DNA from: Eukaryota sp. GEM-RC1
Lineage: Eukaryota
DNA length: 64,000 nucleotides
Assembly (NCBI GenBank): GCA_040285855.1
Contig: JAUFOQ010000001.1
Coordinates: 558,001 to 622,000, forward strand
Reading direction: 5' to 3'
Shown: positions 48,111 to 63,370 of the stretch, piece by piece
How the letters are laid out: every line of letters begins with the position of its first letter
How positions within the stretch are numbered: the first letter of the stretch is position 1
The notes under the pieces: model-generated
Told to the model about the DNA's origin: nothing
What the model saw: only the letters and a program-made list of their open reading frames with translations
Database searches by the model: none
Program-made: the position numbers and the translations under genes

Positions 48111-51100
48111 TGTACCCCTCTATTGTGCCGAGTTTACATCTGACATTAAGAACTGAAAACCACTCTCATCTCTAAAGAACACTCGTAGTAATGAACATAC
48201 AACCTTCCACTGTTCAAGTCTTAGAACTTCTATTTATAAATACTTTTCCCTTTACACTGTGCACGGACCAACACCACACGGAAGAAGAGAGATTAGTGTT
48301 GATACCTAGAGTGACGTGGTATGTATTCAGTAGTAATGCGTAGTTTTTGTTATACATCTTTCTTGCTTCCTTGGTAAAGGCTAACCAGTTGGTATAACCT
48401 CCTTTTAATCTAAGATGCTCATTGCAAAGGCGATTGTGGCAACAATGTTAGTGCAAAAGGTTACCAAAACATGTATTGATTAAAACACCCGTTTTTCGAT
48501 TATTTAAATAACAAAATTTACTTTCATTATCATGTGATGATATCAGAATTAAAACAACAGGTAAACAAACCGTCAAAGTGGATCAAAAGTCAATTGACTT
48601 CATGACTCAAATCAATACAATTGTAATGGACATGAAGAAGACTGGAGAAACAGACAAAATTATACAATAAAAAAAGTCAAGATGAACCATACAGTTTTAA
48701 AGAGCTGCTGACAAACTTGGAATTATACGGATAACTCCAGGTCGGTGTTCACGTGATCATTGTTGACCACCAGAATCAAAACAGATTGATTGAAGACGAT
48801 TGATCCTTATTATCTGCATTAAAGAATCCAAAGCTAAGTGAGAGACCACTCATTGAGCAGAATCTCACTCAATTCTAGAAGAAACGAATGTAATAGTAAT
48901 GAGAGAGACGAAGGCAAGAAGTGAATGATAGTTTACGAGAGGATTCAAAGAGGATCAACAAAGGATGAATCCCAAATACGGGTACGGAGAGACCATTCTA
49001 GAGATATACGTCGCATGGCTGTGATCAAAGGTTGAAGTCAATGGATGAGAACAAAGATCGTTCTATGTACATTCACCCTTTGCTATGGTCGTTTAATTCG
49101 ATCTATCTCCTGAATCTTCCTAGTTCTTGAATCCTCTTTGATATGTCTTTATCAACCATCACTTGTTTATTTTTTTCTGGTCCGTGGTTTCTATTGTTCA
49201 TTCGTTTCTTGCACTTCTAGTCTTCATATACGCAGCTTTTCTGACATTAAGGGCGGTCCTCGAACCCTTGTCTTCTTCTAATTCCGTTTCAACTCTTTCT
49301 CCTCCAAGGGAGAACAAGTGTTGATCTTAATTACTACAACTATCTTTTCTGTTTCTTTAAAGATTCCTTTGCTCATCAACATGGACTTGAATCTCGTCTT
49401 CTTGACCTTCACCTCTCTCAACCTATCTAGGGAACATTATGTACGACGACGATCTTGCGAACCGTCCGCTGAGTCTCGGTTGGACAGTAAACTCCTATTT
49501 CCTGTATTTTCTCCCGATCATTTTCTGCCTCATTTATTGCTCTTTTAATGTCTTCTTCCACTTCTCCACCACGATCATCACCTTTATCAGCTTTGATTAA
49601 CGGCAGGGATTCCTTCCCTCTCTCAATCACTTGTCATTTGATTTCGTTATGATCTCTACTATGACGTCATTACCTTCTTCATTGACTGAACATACAGTTT
49701 CTCTTGCATTGTAGTCATCTCAAATGATTCTACTCACTTCCTTAGGAAGAAGTGTTTCTAAACAGAACACGTATTCTGAGGCTATTTCTGACGGACTCTA
49801 GGTTTAAAAGAAGAAGATCTGTTACAAGACATTAGTTTACTGAAGAGACACGTAGAAGCAGAAATGAAGTTTATTTACTTGTCCAATGTGTAGTTCTTTT
49901 TAATGGAAGAAGAAAATTGCCCCCATTGAGGACTTCGAATTTTCAAGTAATTGTTGAATATTAAAATATTTAAAGCGCGATAACCATCATAATTAGTTAA
50001 TTTACGCCTAATATTTTCAATCCATTTTTGACTAGAATGAACATATGAGTGATCCACTTGTTCACAAGAATATATTGTGACATATTCTATTTCAACTAGT
50101 CTTAATTGTAGTTTTAGCAGAAGCTTGCAACTGTTTTACTTCCTTAACGAAACACGTGACCAAAGTCGTTGTAATGGACATGAGCTTCGGAACAAAGAAT
50201 ACGTGTCGAACAGTAAGGTTGTGATTCGATAAAAGTAAAGTGTTGGTTTGTTCCTAGTAGATCAAACTTAATCAGAAGAGTCGATATTGTAGCCACGCGT
50301 TACACCGATGTATGAATACACCGACCGCTTTTCAAACATTTTGTAGCCAATTCAAAATTGATCCAAAAGCCCAGAAGAAGTTCTGAAACAATTGTCTTCA
50401 GAACAGATTCTTTACTGATCTTATAACAATATCAAAGTAAATGGCCAAGTAAATGGCCACCTGGTATTTGTTCGGGTATTTTTGATGATTTGTTTTGTTT
50501 AGTTTGGTTGTGAGACCCTTATAATTTTAGTCGTTGGTGTTTATTTAATAGAAAATTCTCACCATGACTTTTGCGACAGGTTCCTTAGGTTGAGTTATTT
50601 TCTGTTTTTCAGTATATTTTTCAGGGAGTGGCTGTAGTTTCCAAGTATGTGTAAAACTATATAAGAAAAATCTCAGATCTTCAGTTGTCATACAAAATGA
50701 AAATATTGTTGTGGTGTAGAATACAGTATCTGCTATCCTAATTCATGTATGCATGTGACTGAAGGGCTGGAGATCTTAGATGAACTTCTTAACAGTTTAA
50801 TTCTAAATACGTTGCTTCCTTTTTAGTTATAGACTTTTATGACTTTCCGAATGGTGTTATGAAATTTTATGACCTTTAAAACGTATCCCAAAAGAAGTTC
50901 ATATATTGGCCCAAATATACAATTCAACACACTATTATGCTGATGTCCAGTTGAAATTCAGTAAAGAAGTGTTTTCTCTTTGGCTTTGTAAGTTCGCTAG
51001 TTACAGAAGAAGTTTGTTTGGTTTCACGAAAGCTTGGACTTTAAAAACCGTATTGGATTGGCTAAGACTAAGAGTCCCAATTTTTGTGCTTTTTGAATGA

Positions 51101-52067
51101 TATTGCTTCAAGCTCCGCGTCTTCTTCTTTTTACTTGTTTCTCGTTTCCCACGAAAATTTTGTCTTAATCCGAAGGATCACGAAATAGTTTATAAACATG
51201 AGACTAAGATAAGGTTTATGGCCTTCAGGTCTTTTGAAGCATTCTCCATGTCTTTGTGGTCGTTCAAAGGCTTCCAATTTTCATCATATAGTTAAATGTC
51301 ATCATTTTATTCATTTGAGATCAAGTAATCACAACAGTATCCGGGGTACCGGATCGGATATGTTTAAAGCTAATGGTTTACTCCCGGAAAAATTGAACCT
51401 ATTCCTGATAATCTTTGTGATCAGACAAAAGTTCATAGAAGTCGTGGTGATTTGATTCGTCAAATCTGGTTATGTTGTCAGGAAATTATCATGGATTTCA
51501 CAACTGTTGATCCTGATAATTCAAGATCAATTCAACCGTTTTGATGATGATTTTTCTGCTCTTGAAGTGGCTTAAAAAGTAAAAATACCAAGTACTGTCA
51601 CTTGATTAACCAATTGAATGTTGACAGGGACAATTCTTTTGTGTTTCAACAGTTTTTGTTGTAGACCATGTTCGTTTGATGAATAAATAACCCATTCACA
51701 GTTTGCGATGTCGATACACGGTAATGTTTATTGCTGGACTAGCCTGCACAAGGTTTTTTAAATTTCTTTGGTAAATTGTGTTCTGAGTACGGTAAAGTTT
51801 TTAATGGAAATTTTTGGTTGAATAGGTTTGTTTTGTTCAATGTCCAGATATTTTACTTCAATTTTAGGTAAGTTGTTCGGTGATGGACAGAAGGATCATA
51901 GTTTAGATACTTTAGTTAGTGTCTGATAGTTATTTATTTTTTCAAATGTATTAATTTCACTGATCATAAACCCTATTGTGTTTTTATGCTGATAATATGT
52001 ACAATTGATGAAATAAGGAATTGTGTATCTACTGCTAACTATGAGCAAAGTGTAGTCAGATTTTAAC

Positions 52068-52996
52068 CATACCTAGGAAATACAGATACACTGTATCATG
52101 TATCTGTATCTGTATTCTGTATTTGTATCTGTATCCTAACATTGATTTGTATCGTGTATTTTGTGTATTTGTGTATTTTCTTACAAACCCTTCAATTGAA
52201 ACTGACAAAGAAGCTCCCACCAGTCTACTGCAATAATAAACAGCGTCCACAAATTTGCCTCAAGGATCAAAAGACATCAGATGTGTATCCAACTCGAAAT
52301 TGTTAGATGAACACACACAATAGCATTTGTTTTTTCCTTATTCCTCAATTTACTAGTATCTTCTTTCCAATCATCTCTCTGATGTTAAAGCAACATCTCA
52401 TTTCGGTGTACAGAAGAATATCTTATAGAAGGAAAACCTCAGTATAACAGGAAAAGAAGTCTTTCGAATGACAGTCACACTGATGATAACTGAGTTTTGA
52501 AGTAATTTACAACCTTAGACTTTAACTGACATCAAAATAGATGTATCTGTGATACCTTTTGGTACAACGGGAAAAGAAATACTTTTTATAAATAAAATAT
52601 AAGGACTTCAAAGCTGTCCCAACTAATCGAGAGAAATAGAAAGGCATATTCCTATAAATGGAAAACACTCTTCGGCTTTTCCATTCAGCCATTCCAAACT
52701 TACGCTTCTTTTCGTTACACAGCTCTTCGAAATCCTTGGACAATTGATCACCAGCAGGACTAATCGATCCAAAACGAGAAACAACAAAAGATTGGAACAC
52801 AAATTTGGAATACATGTGATCCAATATATGGCTAACTGTGTTTATGATACAAACTTATCTAACAACAATCAGAAGTATAATGCCACGTCAACAGTAGAAT
52901 CTTATGACCAATGATGTCTTTGTATCTGTATCTGTATTTTTGTATCTGTATTCTGTATTTGTATTTGGAAATGTTTTCCTGTATTTCCTAGGTATG
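52068..52996. mobile_element. Duplicate of hAT element 33520-34449
   Basis: Same TIR, TSD and flanks. Confidence 0.88.
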
Positions 52997-55468
52997 ATTT
53001 TAACAGTCAATAATTTTAGATCAGATGTCTGGAAGTGAAGGAATGAAGAAACTGGAAGTAACCCAAAGATGATTATGGAGATATAATAGATTTGATGTGA
53101 AAAGCGAAACTCAGAAGGAAAATTTACGAAAATGAAACGAACATTTTAACGAAATTTTATAAGATACACCAAACACTCTCAGCTCAATTACTGAGGACGA
53201 AGTGGTATGTCCATGGATTCACTGCCTCGCATTTGCTGAATCTCTGGGCTGGCTTACATGAGAACTTTGGTGCATAAGAGAATGCCACACTTAACAGTGT
53301 TCCTTCATCATCATCCATGGTATAGTCGATCTAGCAGGGAACAGCTTCATAAGAACATCCTTCATAACTAGCAAATCCCCTTGTTTGAGGAAATATTTCA
53401 TTATCAGGATACTGGGTCCAATGACCTTTAATGAGATGAAAAGATAGACATTACCGCCAGGAGGCAAAACTGCCCGGACCAATCGGATAGGTTTGTCAGA
53501 CCTGTTGTCTAACACCATTAAGCATTCTAGAGCATCGGCATATTGCTCTTGTAGAATGAAAAGAAGAAAGAAAATGGAAAAAAGAGCGAGAATATCGAAA
53601 CGAATGGGGAAAATGAAGTCCATGAGTGAAAACGGATTCGCGACGACTCTTGGTCTGATACGTGTCATTCGCATTCCTTTCATTAGACCTTCACTCGACC
53701 GTTGAATACATCACCAACACATTTCGTTCATTCCAATGGCGATGTCTGTTTGGATGTGGTGTTGCTCTTTCAGTGGATTTCCAGTTTGTGTACTGAACAA
53801 CTATATATGATGACCTGAAGGTACAATTATGAATGCATCGTATATGTTCTCAAATCAAGAACGAGAAATCCAATTATACATATACACATATATTTTGATA
53901 GAAGAATTTAACATACAACAGGTTCAGGTTCAGATTCAAAACACTAACGTTCATGAACGGAAGCACCAAGAGTGTTCTAGACACACGTAACCTCACCTTT
54001 TTGGATCTAACATACTCCACTTCACGGAAAATCATTTGTAATGTTCTTCCAGTGTTCGCTGAAGGAGAATCTGGCATCGCCAACCTAACATACCATGCGT
54101 TCTGGTCGTTATATGTATCAGATGTGTAACCAAGTATCATGTCCATTCCAACTGGTAACATTAAGTTAAACCAGTGACAAACAGAATTTTGGGCTGTGTC
54201 ACGAGCAGGAACAGGGACGGGGTATAGTTTACCAAGGGGGCATAATATTCCCTTGATCTTTGGTGCAAGGATACCTTTAGAGGTTACTACGATTGCACCA
54301 ATGCCAAGAACAACTGATACTGTTGTTCCAGTTTTTATGAGGTACTTGGAGCTGCTCATTTTTTCCTTGACAATAAATTACCAATGTGTTTTTGTAGTTT
54401 GTTGTCGCCGACATTCATCAGTAGCACAAGATCATTTACTTTGAAAGATGGGGAAGAAGCACACTTAATGCGTTTTTCCTGATGTTTCGTTGCTTCTTCT
54501 TTCAATCTTCGGAGGGAATCGTTCAAGTCGCATCTAAATAACTAACAACATAAACAGTGGTGAAAAGATGTGAATAACTCAAATATATACGATTTGAATG
54601 AAAAATTTAAATGTTTTCTTCAGTTCTTTATACTGAAACAGCGGTTTTAATCCCAAAATATGTTACGCAATCATTCAAATGAGCTCTCAGTGCCAGGGAA
54701 TACTAATAAATATTCAAATAAACATGATATTGTAATTCGATGAAACACATATTTATGATGGTTATACATGAGCGAGCTGTAGATTAGTTTCCTTTTTAAC
54801 AGGCGTAAAGTGTGTTGTAAAAACACCAAAATCTTGGTTCTTTCAGTGCTAACACAATTTCGTAGTTTGTTGTGAATATCGATATGTAAAAAGTGGTGCA
54901 GACTCTTTTAAGGTAGAAGACACAACCCACCAGTCACTTGTGAAACTAAGCAAATGTGGTTTTAGACAACTATGAACTATTAATGTCATCCGTTTAAGAT
55001 TTTTCAGAACTCAGCAAAAACAATATCCACCTTAATTTGAATGAGTGGTAGAACCAAAACTGAATAATTTATATCAGAAATAATGCGTGTAGAACCATCG
55101 TTTCCTTATGAAAGATCGATGTACATCACTCTAGTCATCCATCAAGGTTTGATCTACGTTGTTTGCAGTAACCACAAGTCAGTTGGCAATTGAACACCGT
55201 CTTCGAGTTCTTTTAGGAATTCTTATATATGTGGAATCCTCGTACGTCAGTTGTGACTTGTGCCTTGCAAATAGGTCTGGTTTGATGATGGTTTCTAAGA
55301 CTTCGTTTTCATCACATCAAGTAAACTTAAACATCGTAAGACTGATATGAACATTCTGGCAATAACTACACACGTCACAACAATTAGTCTGAATCAGAGT
55401 AATTATGAATATTCATATTTAGTCTGAACAACTATCTCAAACAAAAGGAATTACTTGACCATAAATTG

Positions 55469-56344
55469 GGTTTTTGCTATTCCTGTACCGTAAAATTTGC
55501 TATTCCTGTACTTTTCTTTTGTAAATTTATGTCTAGGCAATGACTTCTGTGAAAACTACGTGTACTTAAAACTAATACTATCAGATACATCTTCCTTTCC
55601 AATCAATGCTGCTTTTCAAAGAGCTCTATCCGCTTCTCTGGATGGACATCTATCCCTCTGATGAGCTCTGTCACCACATTTTCCACATGGTTGAAGACAC
55701 TTACTCTTGTAATGTCCTGGTTGTCGGCAATTGCCACATCGTCTGATTATCTCTCTTCTTCGGCTTGCTGGAACAGGATCTTCTTTTTGATTTGGGTTTG
55801 GTGGAACAGATCCTAAAGAAACGGGAGATCTTGATGTCTCAATAATCAAGGGAATGGCTTCTTTAAGCCTTCTTTGAATTAATATGCTATGAGTCTGAGT
55901 TCTATCATCTAAGAACTCAAAAGCTTGCGAAATTCCTTCTCTATCATTAGAAGCTCCTCTTGTGCTCTCAAACTGAGCTGTCATCTGTATTCAGTAGAAT
56001 TTCAAATAAATCAATTTTGGCAACACTTTCGTCTTCAGGCATGACTAACCAGTGTTGATGAAAATCAGCAACTTCCAGCACAAAATCGTACAACATCAAT
56101 TCTTTTAATTGATGGAGACGAGGTAAACCTTCAGAATGTCGTTCAATGTGATGACATTGTTGATTAGGTGGTGTCCTAAGACACTCCTGGTAAGTAACAG
56201 AAGATTATAAGGAGGATCTGTTACGTGAACTTCAGAACTGAGGGAATCAGAAAGATTCATCAGGTACAGGAATAGCAAATTTTAGTACAGGAATAGCAAA
56301 AGTACAGGAATAGCAAATTTTACGGTACAGGAATAGCAAAAACC
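55469..56344 (-). mobile_element. Duplicate of MULE 36921-37795
   Basis: Same TIR and TSD. Zinc-knuckle ORF 55616..55984 is in frame in this copy. Confidence 0.85.
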
Positions 56345-56919
56345 CATAAATTGTCGTTATGTGTTCACAAATGTTACATTGAACACCACGATCGTTGTTT
56401 GCACCGTCAATGTTTGTTTTAGACCAAAGAAATCCAGAAACAGGACTGGTCTGCTATCAGATTGTCTCTAAAAAATTGATTAGTAACCGAATTGTCCTTC
56501 AAGAAAGTGTCAATGGTGTGGAACAAGGTTTGTATACGTCAATTAAAACAGTTTTTAGAACAAAACTAAAAAAATAGACTGTTTAATACCATTTCACTGA
56601 AAAATGTTCGACATCCCTAAAGTGATCAAACAATAATTAGTCTGATTCAGATTAATAAGTGATTCAGACTAATTATGAATTCAGATCAATTGTTGTGAAG
56701 AGTGAAGATATAAATAAGTTGAGTATCAGTCTTTAGTTTCAGGAGAATAACGAATATTGATTATCCAATGACCTTGCTACTGTATGTACAATGTCCAGAA
56801 TTCTTTCATTCATGTTAGTCTGTACAACATAGTGTGCTACATTGTGGTATAATTTCAAGATACACTTTTGTCTGTATTGTTGAGCTTATGGGATATGTCA
56901 AAGAGATGAGAGAACTTTA

Positions 56920-58556
56920 TTATGATGACTCCCGGTTAATGTATCGTTCCAACAACAACAAAACAATAAAAACACCAACGAAAACTGCTATAGTAGAATT
57001 GTCAAACCGAAACAAACGATCTTGCGAATCTATTATTGGTGGGACAAACGGTTGACACACGACTATGCGTTTGACAGTGTTGGAGTGTACATTAGTTAAT
57101 GCTGTAACACATATATCTCCAATAGGGTTGTGCCCCAGATCAATACTTGTAACAGATGTATTGACTCTTAAGGCATCTGTCAATGCTCTTGCACCTGTAT
57201 CTCCAATATTGTTGCGCCCCAGATTAATGCTTTTTATCTTTGCATTCACTTTTAATGCATTTGCCAATGCTCTCGCACCTTTATCACCAATTGGGTTGTG
57301 TCCCAGATCAAAATTTGTTATCGTAGAATTTACTTTTAATGCATTTGCCAATGCTCTAACACCTATATCGGTAATCCAATTGTGCCCCAGATCAAAACTT
57401 GTTATCGTAGCATTAACATTTAATGCATTTGCCAATACTCTAGCACCAATATCTCCAATAGAGTTGTGCCCCAGATCAAGACTTGTTATCGTAGAATTTA
57501 CTTTTAATGCATTTGCCAATACTCTAGCACCATTATCTCCAATAGAGTTGTATCCAACATCAATACTTGTAACAGATGTATTGATGGCTAATGCATCTGC
57601 TAATGCGATGACACCTTCAGCTCCAATAGAACCCACTCTTACAACAACACTTGTCACTGTGTTATTAACTTTCAACACATCAAAAATTCCATATAAACTG
57701 AAGGACGAACAACAACATGAAGTTCTTTAAGATTAGGGAAAAAGTCCGAACATTTGTGGAGAAAATCCAAATCATTGTGGTTATTTAACTCCAATTCCAA
57801 TCCTGAAATTATGTGAGAATAATCGCTGAATTCTTCAACATCAAAAGAATCAGTTAAAACGTGCAGGAATATAGACGATAGGTCTGCTTCAAAAAAAGAA
57901 GACAACAAAGAAAGTTGAGAGAATTCGGTCGAAATGACAGGAAACGTGTTGGTTTGGAAATGCATCTTGACTGCAAGTAAAGCAGATTCAAAGAAGTGAT
58001 TGCTTACATAGCCCACATGGATGCAGAAAGTACGTAGATCTTTCTTTAAACTGTGGAAAGGACCACTACGGCCGTAAAAAAGACGGTGGCAGAAGTCAGT
58101 ATTCACCTGGATAGAAGTCTTGAAATATCGTCGCAACAAGTGAAGATGAATCAAAACCAACAGAGATTGCTGAAATTGTAGGGACTTTTCTCTGTTACAA
58201 GGACTTTCTGTGGTAGAGTGAGGAGAGGATGGACGACGAGAAGATGAAGACAGCTTTGTCCTCCCATTAGAGAGAGAACATTGATGTCGAGTTTGAGGAG
58301 GAGTAGAGGGTTGTGGGTTGTGGAGTGTAACGTTCAAGATACTTTCCTCGTCAGAAGGTGGTAAGTTGGAGAACTTTTCTGAGTCTCGTTCAGAGACCTC
58401 AGAGACGAAGGGTTTCGCTAAGGACTCTTCAAGATGGATCTTCGGTTTAGCAGAACCTTGCTCCTGAGCAGAATCATTCAGGTTGGAAGTTGTTGGATTG
58501 GTCATGTAAATCCGCACGACATCACGTAACTTGCTGTTCAGAAGTCTGATCTGCAT
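56920..58556 (-). CDS. Duplicate LRR-TM gene with the same frameshift
   Basis: Translations identical to 38370..40006. Confidence 0.8.
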
Positions 58557-60106
58557 TGTATGACCTCCTGTGTTGCAATGTGTTATTTACAAATAGTTGG
58601 GTATTTCGTTTTCTTTCATTAATGTAGTATAAATGATGGTTGGTCTATCAATATTCATTTTTGACGTGATATAAACAGAACATTTTCAGTGAGAACGTGT
58701 TCAAATTATTACTGTTGTTTATAAGTAGATGTCTAATATAAAACCAGTTGTTTCATCATAGATGTATAGACGTCAGCAGTTTAGTGTTCAATGTTTCCCC
58801 CTCTTCTAGTATCTCCTCCTCCAGCAACCTAACTCTGATACACTGTCACCTTCGTTCTCATTGCTTACTTCTTTCTCCAAGTACTGACGTTTTCAGCAGA
58901 CTTTATTGATCTTGATCAATCTTGTTTGTTTAAAGAAGTCTTTTCTCAAAACTTCAATAATGGAGACATTCGTCATCATTTCCGTCGTTTGAAACAAGAA
59001 TTGCCCTTATTATTGAAACCGTTGGCTATGTAAACCCACCCTTTCTTTGAATCTGCTCATCAATCAGTCAACGTGTTTCTTCAATCAAACACGTCTCATG
59101 TGGTTAATAAGACCTTCCTCAACTACATTCATTTGCTGATCTCTTTGGAGCAGAAGTACGGTCTGTTTTCTTGTACTTGATTGTGAAATTTTGAGTCGAA
59201 GCAGTTCTTTGTTTTTTTAACATGATTAGAGGATTAGAATTAAGGTTGCTTAATCACAATGACTTGGACAAACCTTTTGTCCCTTTTCAAGTCTTTTAGT
59301 TATTCATGTGCGTTCATCTTTATATGTTAGTTTTGGTGGTAATACATGATAATGAAAGTCTATTTCATTACTAGTTTCCTCCCAAAATCCACCAGTAAGT
59401 TAAGGGTATAATTTGTGTAATCTGATTCACCAAATCATTATTTCACACCCACTCAAATTTATTTTGACTATATACATACCGATCAAATTTCCACATCTAT
59501 CACTGTTTTAACAATCAACATATGGAAATCCATAGGTTGACCTGACAGTGATTAATAGTAACAACATCTTAATCTACTTTTACTCCTGCTGGTGAATACT
59601 CCTGAGATCGTTCAAAGTCTTCTGTTTTTAAACTTTGTTGATAAAAACTAATTGAACAATACCTACATGGTGGCTTTACATACACTAAAACCGTGTAATC
59701 AAACAACTGTATACGAGCTCTTTGAACAAGATCCCTACAACATTACCTTGTACACCTATATCCTAGAGTCGGTATAGCTCTATGTACTGTTGATACAGAA
59801 ACATTTTTATTACAGTGCAAAGCTACGAGATATACAATTTCTCTAAGATATAACAGTGGATCTGACTCTAAAACAGATTTAACGAAGGCCTTATATTCAG
59901 AGGTAAGTACTCCTAAATTGGCAACAATGCTGTAAGTGTCCTTATATTCAGCGTCAGGATTTATCCACTGAGATATGGTAGATTGGTTCATAGTGAAGAA
60001 GAATGCAACTTCTGCTTGAGTTTTGCTCAACAAACCGCCAAACCTTTTTCCCTTCTGCTCTTTCAATTTTTCTGAATGTTAAATTTACCTAAATTAAATA
60101 GCGGTT

Positions 60107-60698
60107 TCGAATTGCCTCATCCGCAATTTAATCACAGGAATCTCGGTAAGATGCTCTCTTTACCACGTTAAGAAATGCCATACCAACCACTCTGAGAACG
60201 TTCTACAAGCCTATGCCACTACCGACTCAGAAGAAGTCGTCATCGACAAACTTATTGATCATGACTTGACCTCTTTGCAAGACCCCAAGTACCTAGTCCG
60301 CTGGCTAGATGGTACGACTACTTGGGAAGGTCGCTCAGTAGAAAATACCGCCGCTTACTATGCTTACCGCAGAAAGTATATTGATGAACCTCCAAAAGCT
60401 AGAGGTCCTGCTACTGCCCGTGCTAACTCAAAACTAGACGCTACTTGGAAAGCCCAACACCACAAGTCCGCTCCTGTTGTAGCTCGCAATCAGCATAGTA
60501 TGAAAACAAGAAATCGTCCATCCCACTAGTTTATTTTTAATATGAATTACCCAATAAGAAGAAAAGGCAGTGTTGTAGTTGTAGATTTGTGTAATTTCAT
60601 ATTAGGTTTTTATCTTCCCCCTTACATCTATAGAGGTTCTTTCCTATAAAGGTTCTCCTCTAATAAGTATGTGTCATTATAGTGCACAAATACCAATA
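60107..60698 (+). mobile_element. Gypsy B 3' end (chromodomain, PPT, LTR 60571-60698)
   Basis: Matches 47244-47835. Confidence 0.88.
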
Positions 60699-62569
60699 TA
60701 TCCGCTCAAAATCCTCCATCCACTGTTGATCTTTTCTCTCACAAACCTTTTGCCTCTTTGCATTTGGATCTCATACAGTTTCCAACTGATTACGACGGGA
60801 ATACCTACCTTGTCGTTGATGTTGATAGCTTTACTCAATTCACAGTAATTTTCTCTTTAAAACAAAAGACAGTAGAAGCTGCCGCTTTACAACTTTTTGA
60901 TAAAGGGTTCTCAGTTTTTTGGTGTACCTGAGACAATTCAATCTGATAATGGACGAGAATTCACCAACAAAGTATGTACCCCTCTATTGTGCCGAGTTTA
61001 CATCTGACATTAAGAACTGAAAACCACTCTCATCTCTAAAGAACACTCGTAGTAATGAACATACAACCTTCCACTGTTCAAGTCTTAGAACTTCTATTTA
61101 TAAATACTTTTCCCTTTACACTGTGCACGGACCAACACCACACGGAAGAAGAGAGATTAGTGTTGATACCTAGAGTGACGTGGTATGTATTCAGTAGTAA
61201 TGCGTAGTTTTTGTTATACATCTTTCTTGCTTCCTTGGTAAAGGCTAACCAGTTGGTATAACCTCCTTTTAATCTAAGATGCTCATTGCAAAGGCGATTG
61301 TGGCAACAATGTTAGTGCAAAAGGTTACCAAAACATGTATTGATTAAAACACCCGTTTTTCGATTATTTAAATAACAAAATTTACTTTCATTATCATGTG
61401 ATGATATCAGAATTAAAACAACAGGTAAACAAACCGTCAAAGTGGATCAAAAGTCAATTGACTTCATGACTCAAATCAATACAATTGTAATGGACATGAA
61501 GAAGACTGGAGAAACAGACAAAATTATACAATAAAAAAGTCAAGATGAACCATACAGTTTTAAAGAGCTGCTGACAAACTTGGAATTATACGGATAACTC
61601 CAGGTCGGTGTTCACGTGATCATTGTTGACCACCAGAATCAAAACAGATTGATTGAAGACGATTGATCCTTATTATCTGCATTAAAGAATCCAAAGCTAA
61701 GTGAGAGACCACTCATTGAGCAGAATCTCACTCAATTCTAGAAGAAACGAATGTAATAGTAATGAGAGAGACGAAGGCAAGAAGTGAATGATAGTTTACG
61801 AGAGGATTCAAAGAGGATCAACAAAGGATGAATCCCAAATACGGGTACGGAGAGACCATTCTAGAGATATACGTCGCATGGCTGTGATCAAAGGTTGAAG
61901 TCAATGGATGAGAACAAAGATCGTTCTATGTACATTCACCCTTTGCTATGGTCGTTTAATTCGATCTATCTCCTGAATCTTCCTAGTTCTTGAATCCTCT
62001 TTGATATGTCTTTATCAACCATCACTTGTTTATTTTTTTCTGGTCCGTGGTTTCTATTGTTCATTCGTTTCTTGCACTTCTAGTCTTCATATACGCAGCT
62101 TTTCTGACATTAAGGGCGGTCCTCGAACCCTTGTCTTCTTCTAATTCCGTTTCAACTCTTTCTCCTCCAAGGGAGAACAAGTGTTGATCTTAATTACTAC
62201 AACTATCTTTTCTGTTTCTTTAAAGATTCCTTTGCTCATCAACATGGACTTGAATCTCGTCTTCTTGACCTTCACCTCTCTCAACCTATCTAGGGAACAT
62301 TATGTACGACGACGATCTTGCGAACCGTCCGCTGAGTCTCGGTTGGACAGTAAACTCCTATTTCCTGTATTTTCTCCCGATCATTTTCTGCCTCATTTAT
62401 TGCTCTTTTAATGTCTTCTTCCACTTCTCCACCACGATCATCACCTTTATCAGCTTTGATTAACGGCAGGGATTCCTTCCCTCTCTCAATCACTTGTCAT
62501 TTGATTTCGTTATGATCTCTACTATGACGTCATTACCTTCTTCATTGACTGAACATACAGTTTCTCTTG

Positions 62570-63370
62570 CATTGTAGTCATCTCAAATGATTCTACTCAC
62601 TTCCTTAGGAAGAAGTGTTTCTAAACAGAACACGTATTCTGAGGCTATTTCTGACGGACTCTAGGTTTAAAAGAAGAAGATCTGTTACAAGACATTAGTT
62701 TACTGAAGAGACACGTAGAAGCAGAAATGAAGTTTATTTACTTGTCCAATGTGTAGTTCTTTTTAATGGAAGAAGAAAATTGCCCCCATTGAGGACTTCG
62801 AATTTTCAAGTAATTGTTGAATATTAAAATATTTAAAGCGCGATAACCATCATAATTAGTTAATTTACGCCTAATATTTTCAATCCATTTTTGACTAGAA
62901 TGAACATATGAGTGATCCACTTGTTCACAAGAATATATTGTGACATATTCTATTTCAACTAGTCTTAATTGTAGTTTTAGCAGAAGCTTGCAACTGTTTT
63001 ACTTCCTTAACGAAACACGTGACCAAAGTCGTTGTAATGGACATGAGCTTCGGAACAAAGAATACGTGTCGAACAGTAAGGTTGTGATTCGATAAAAGTA
63101 AAGTGTTGGTTTGTTCCGGCATACTTAGATTACTTGAAATTCCGTAAAAATTCAAATTCTCAAGTATATCAACTGATATAAGACCTAAAGCAGTAAGGAA
63201 GCCAATTTCAACATCTGAAGCAGCAGGACGGGACAAGGCTTCGGATGCTCGCATGGCGGACCCGTAGCCTTGGACGTCTTTCAAGAACTTACAGGTCTTT
63301 AGACGCAGGTTCCTTTCAAGAGTGGATCTGAAAGTGAGTAATGTGAATTGGGGTTGCTCACAGTAATTAC
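62570..63370 (-). pseudogene. Probable gag remnant of gypsy family B
   Basis: ORF fragments 62955..63284 and 62738..62920 lie directly downstream of the LTR at 63371-63495. Assigned by position only. Confidence 0.5.

Larger units (their letters stand above)
31706..50254 (+). repeat. 18.5-kb tandem segmental duplication unit, copy 1
   Basis: 31706-41536 matches 50254-60086 and 47244-50254 matches 60107-63117, nearly base for base. Confidence 0.95.
50254..63117 (+). repeat. Tandem duplication copy 2, with a 5.7-kb internal deletion
   Basis: Lacks the equivalent of 41537-47243, which is replaced by a 20-bp filler at 60087-60106. Confidence 0.95.

Noticed and set aside
48250..49700. Purine-skewed coding-like remnants on both strands
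   Set aside because: Too degenerate to assign to any family by eye.
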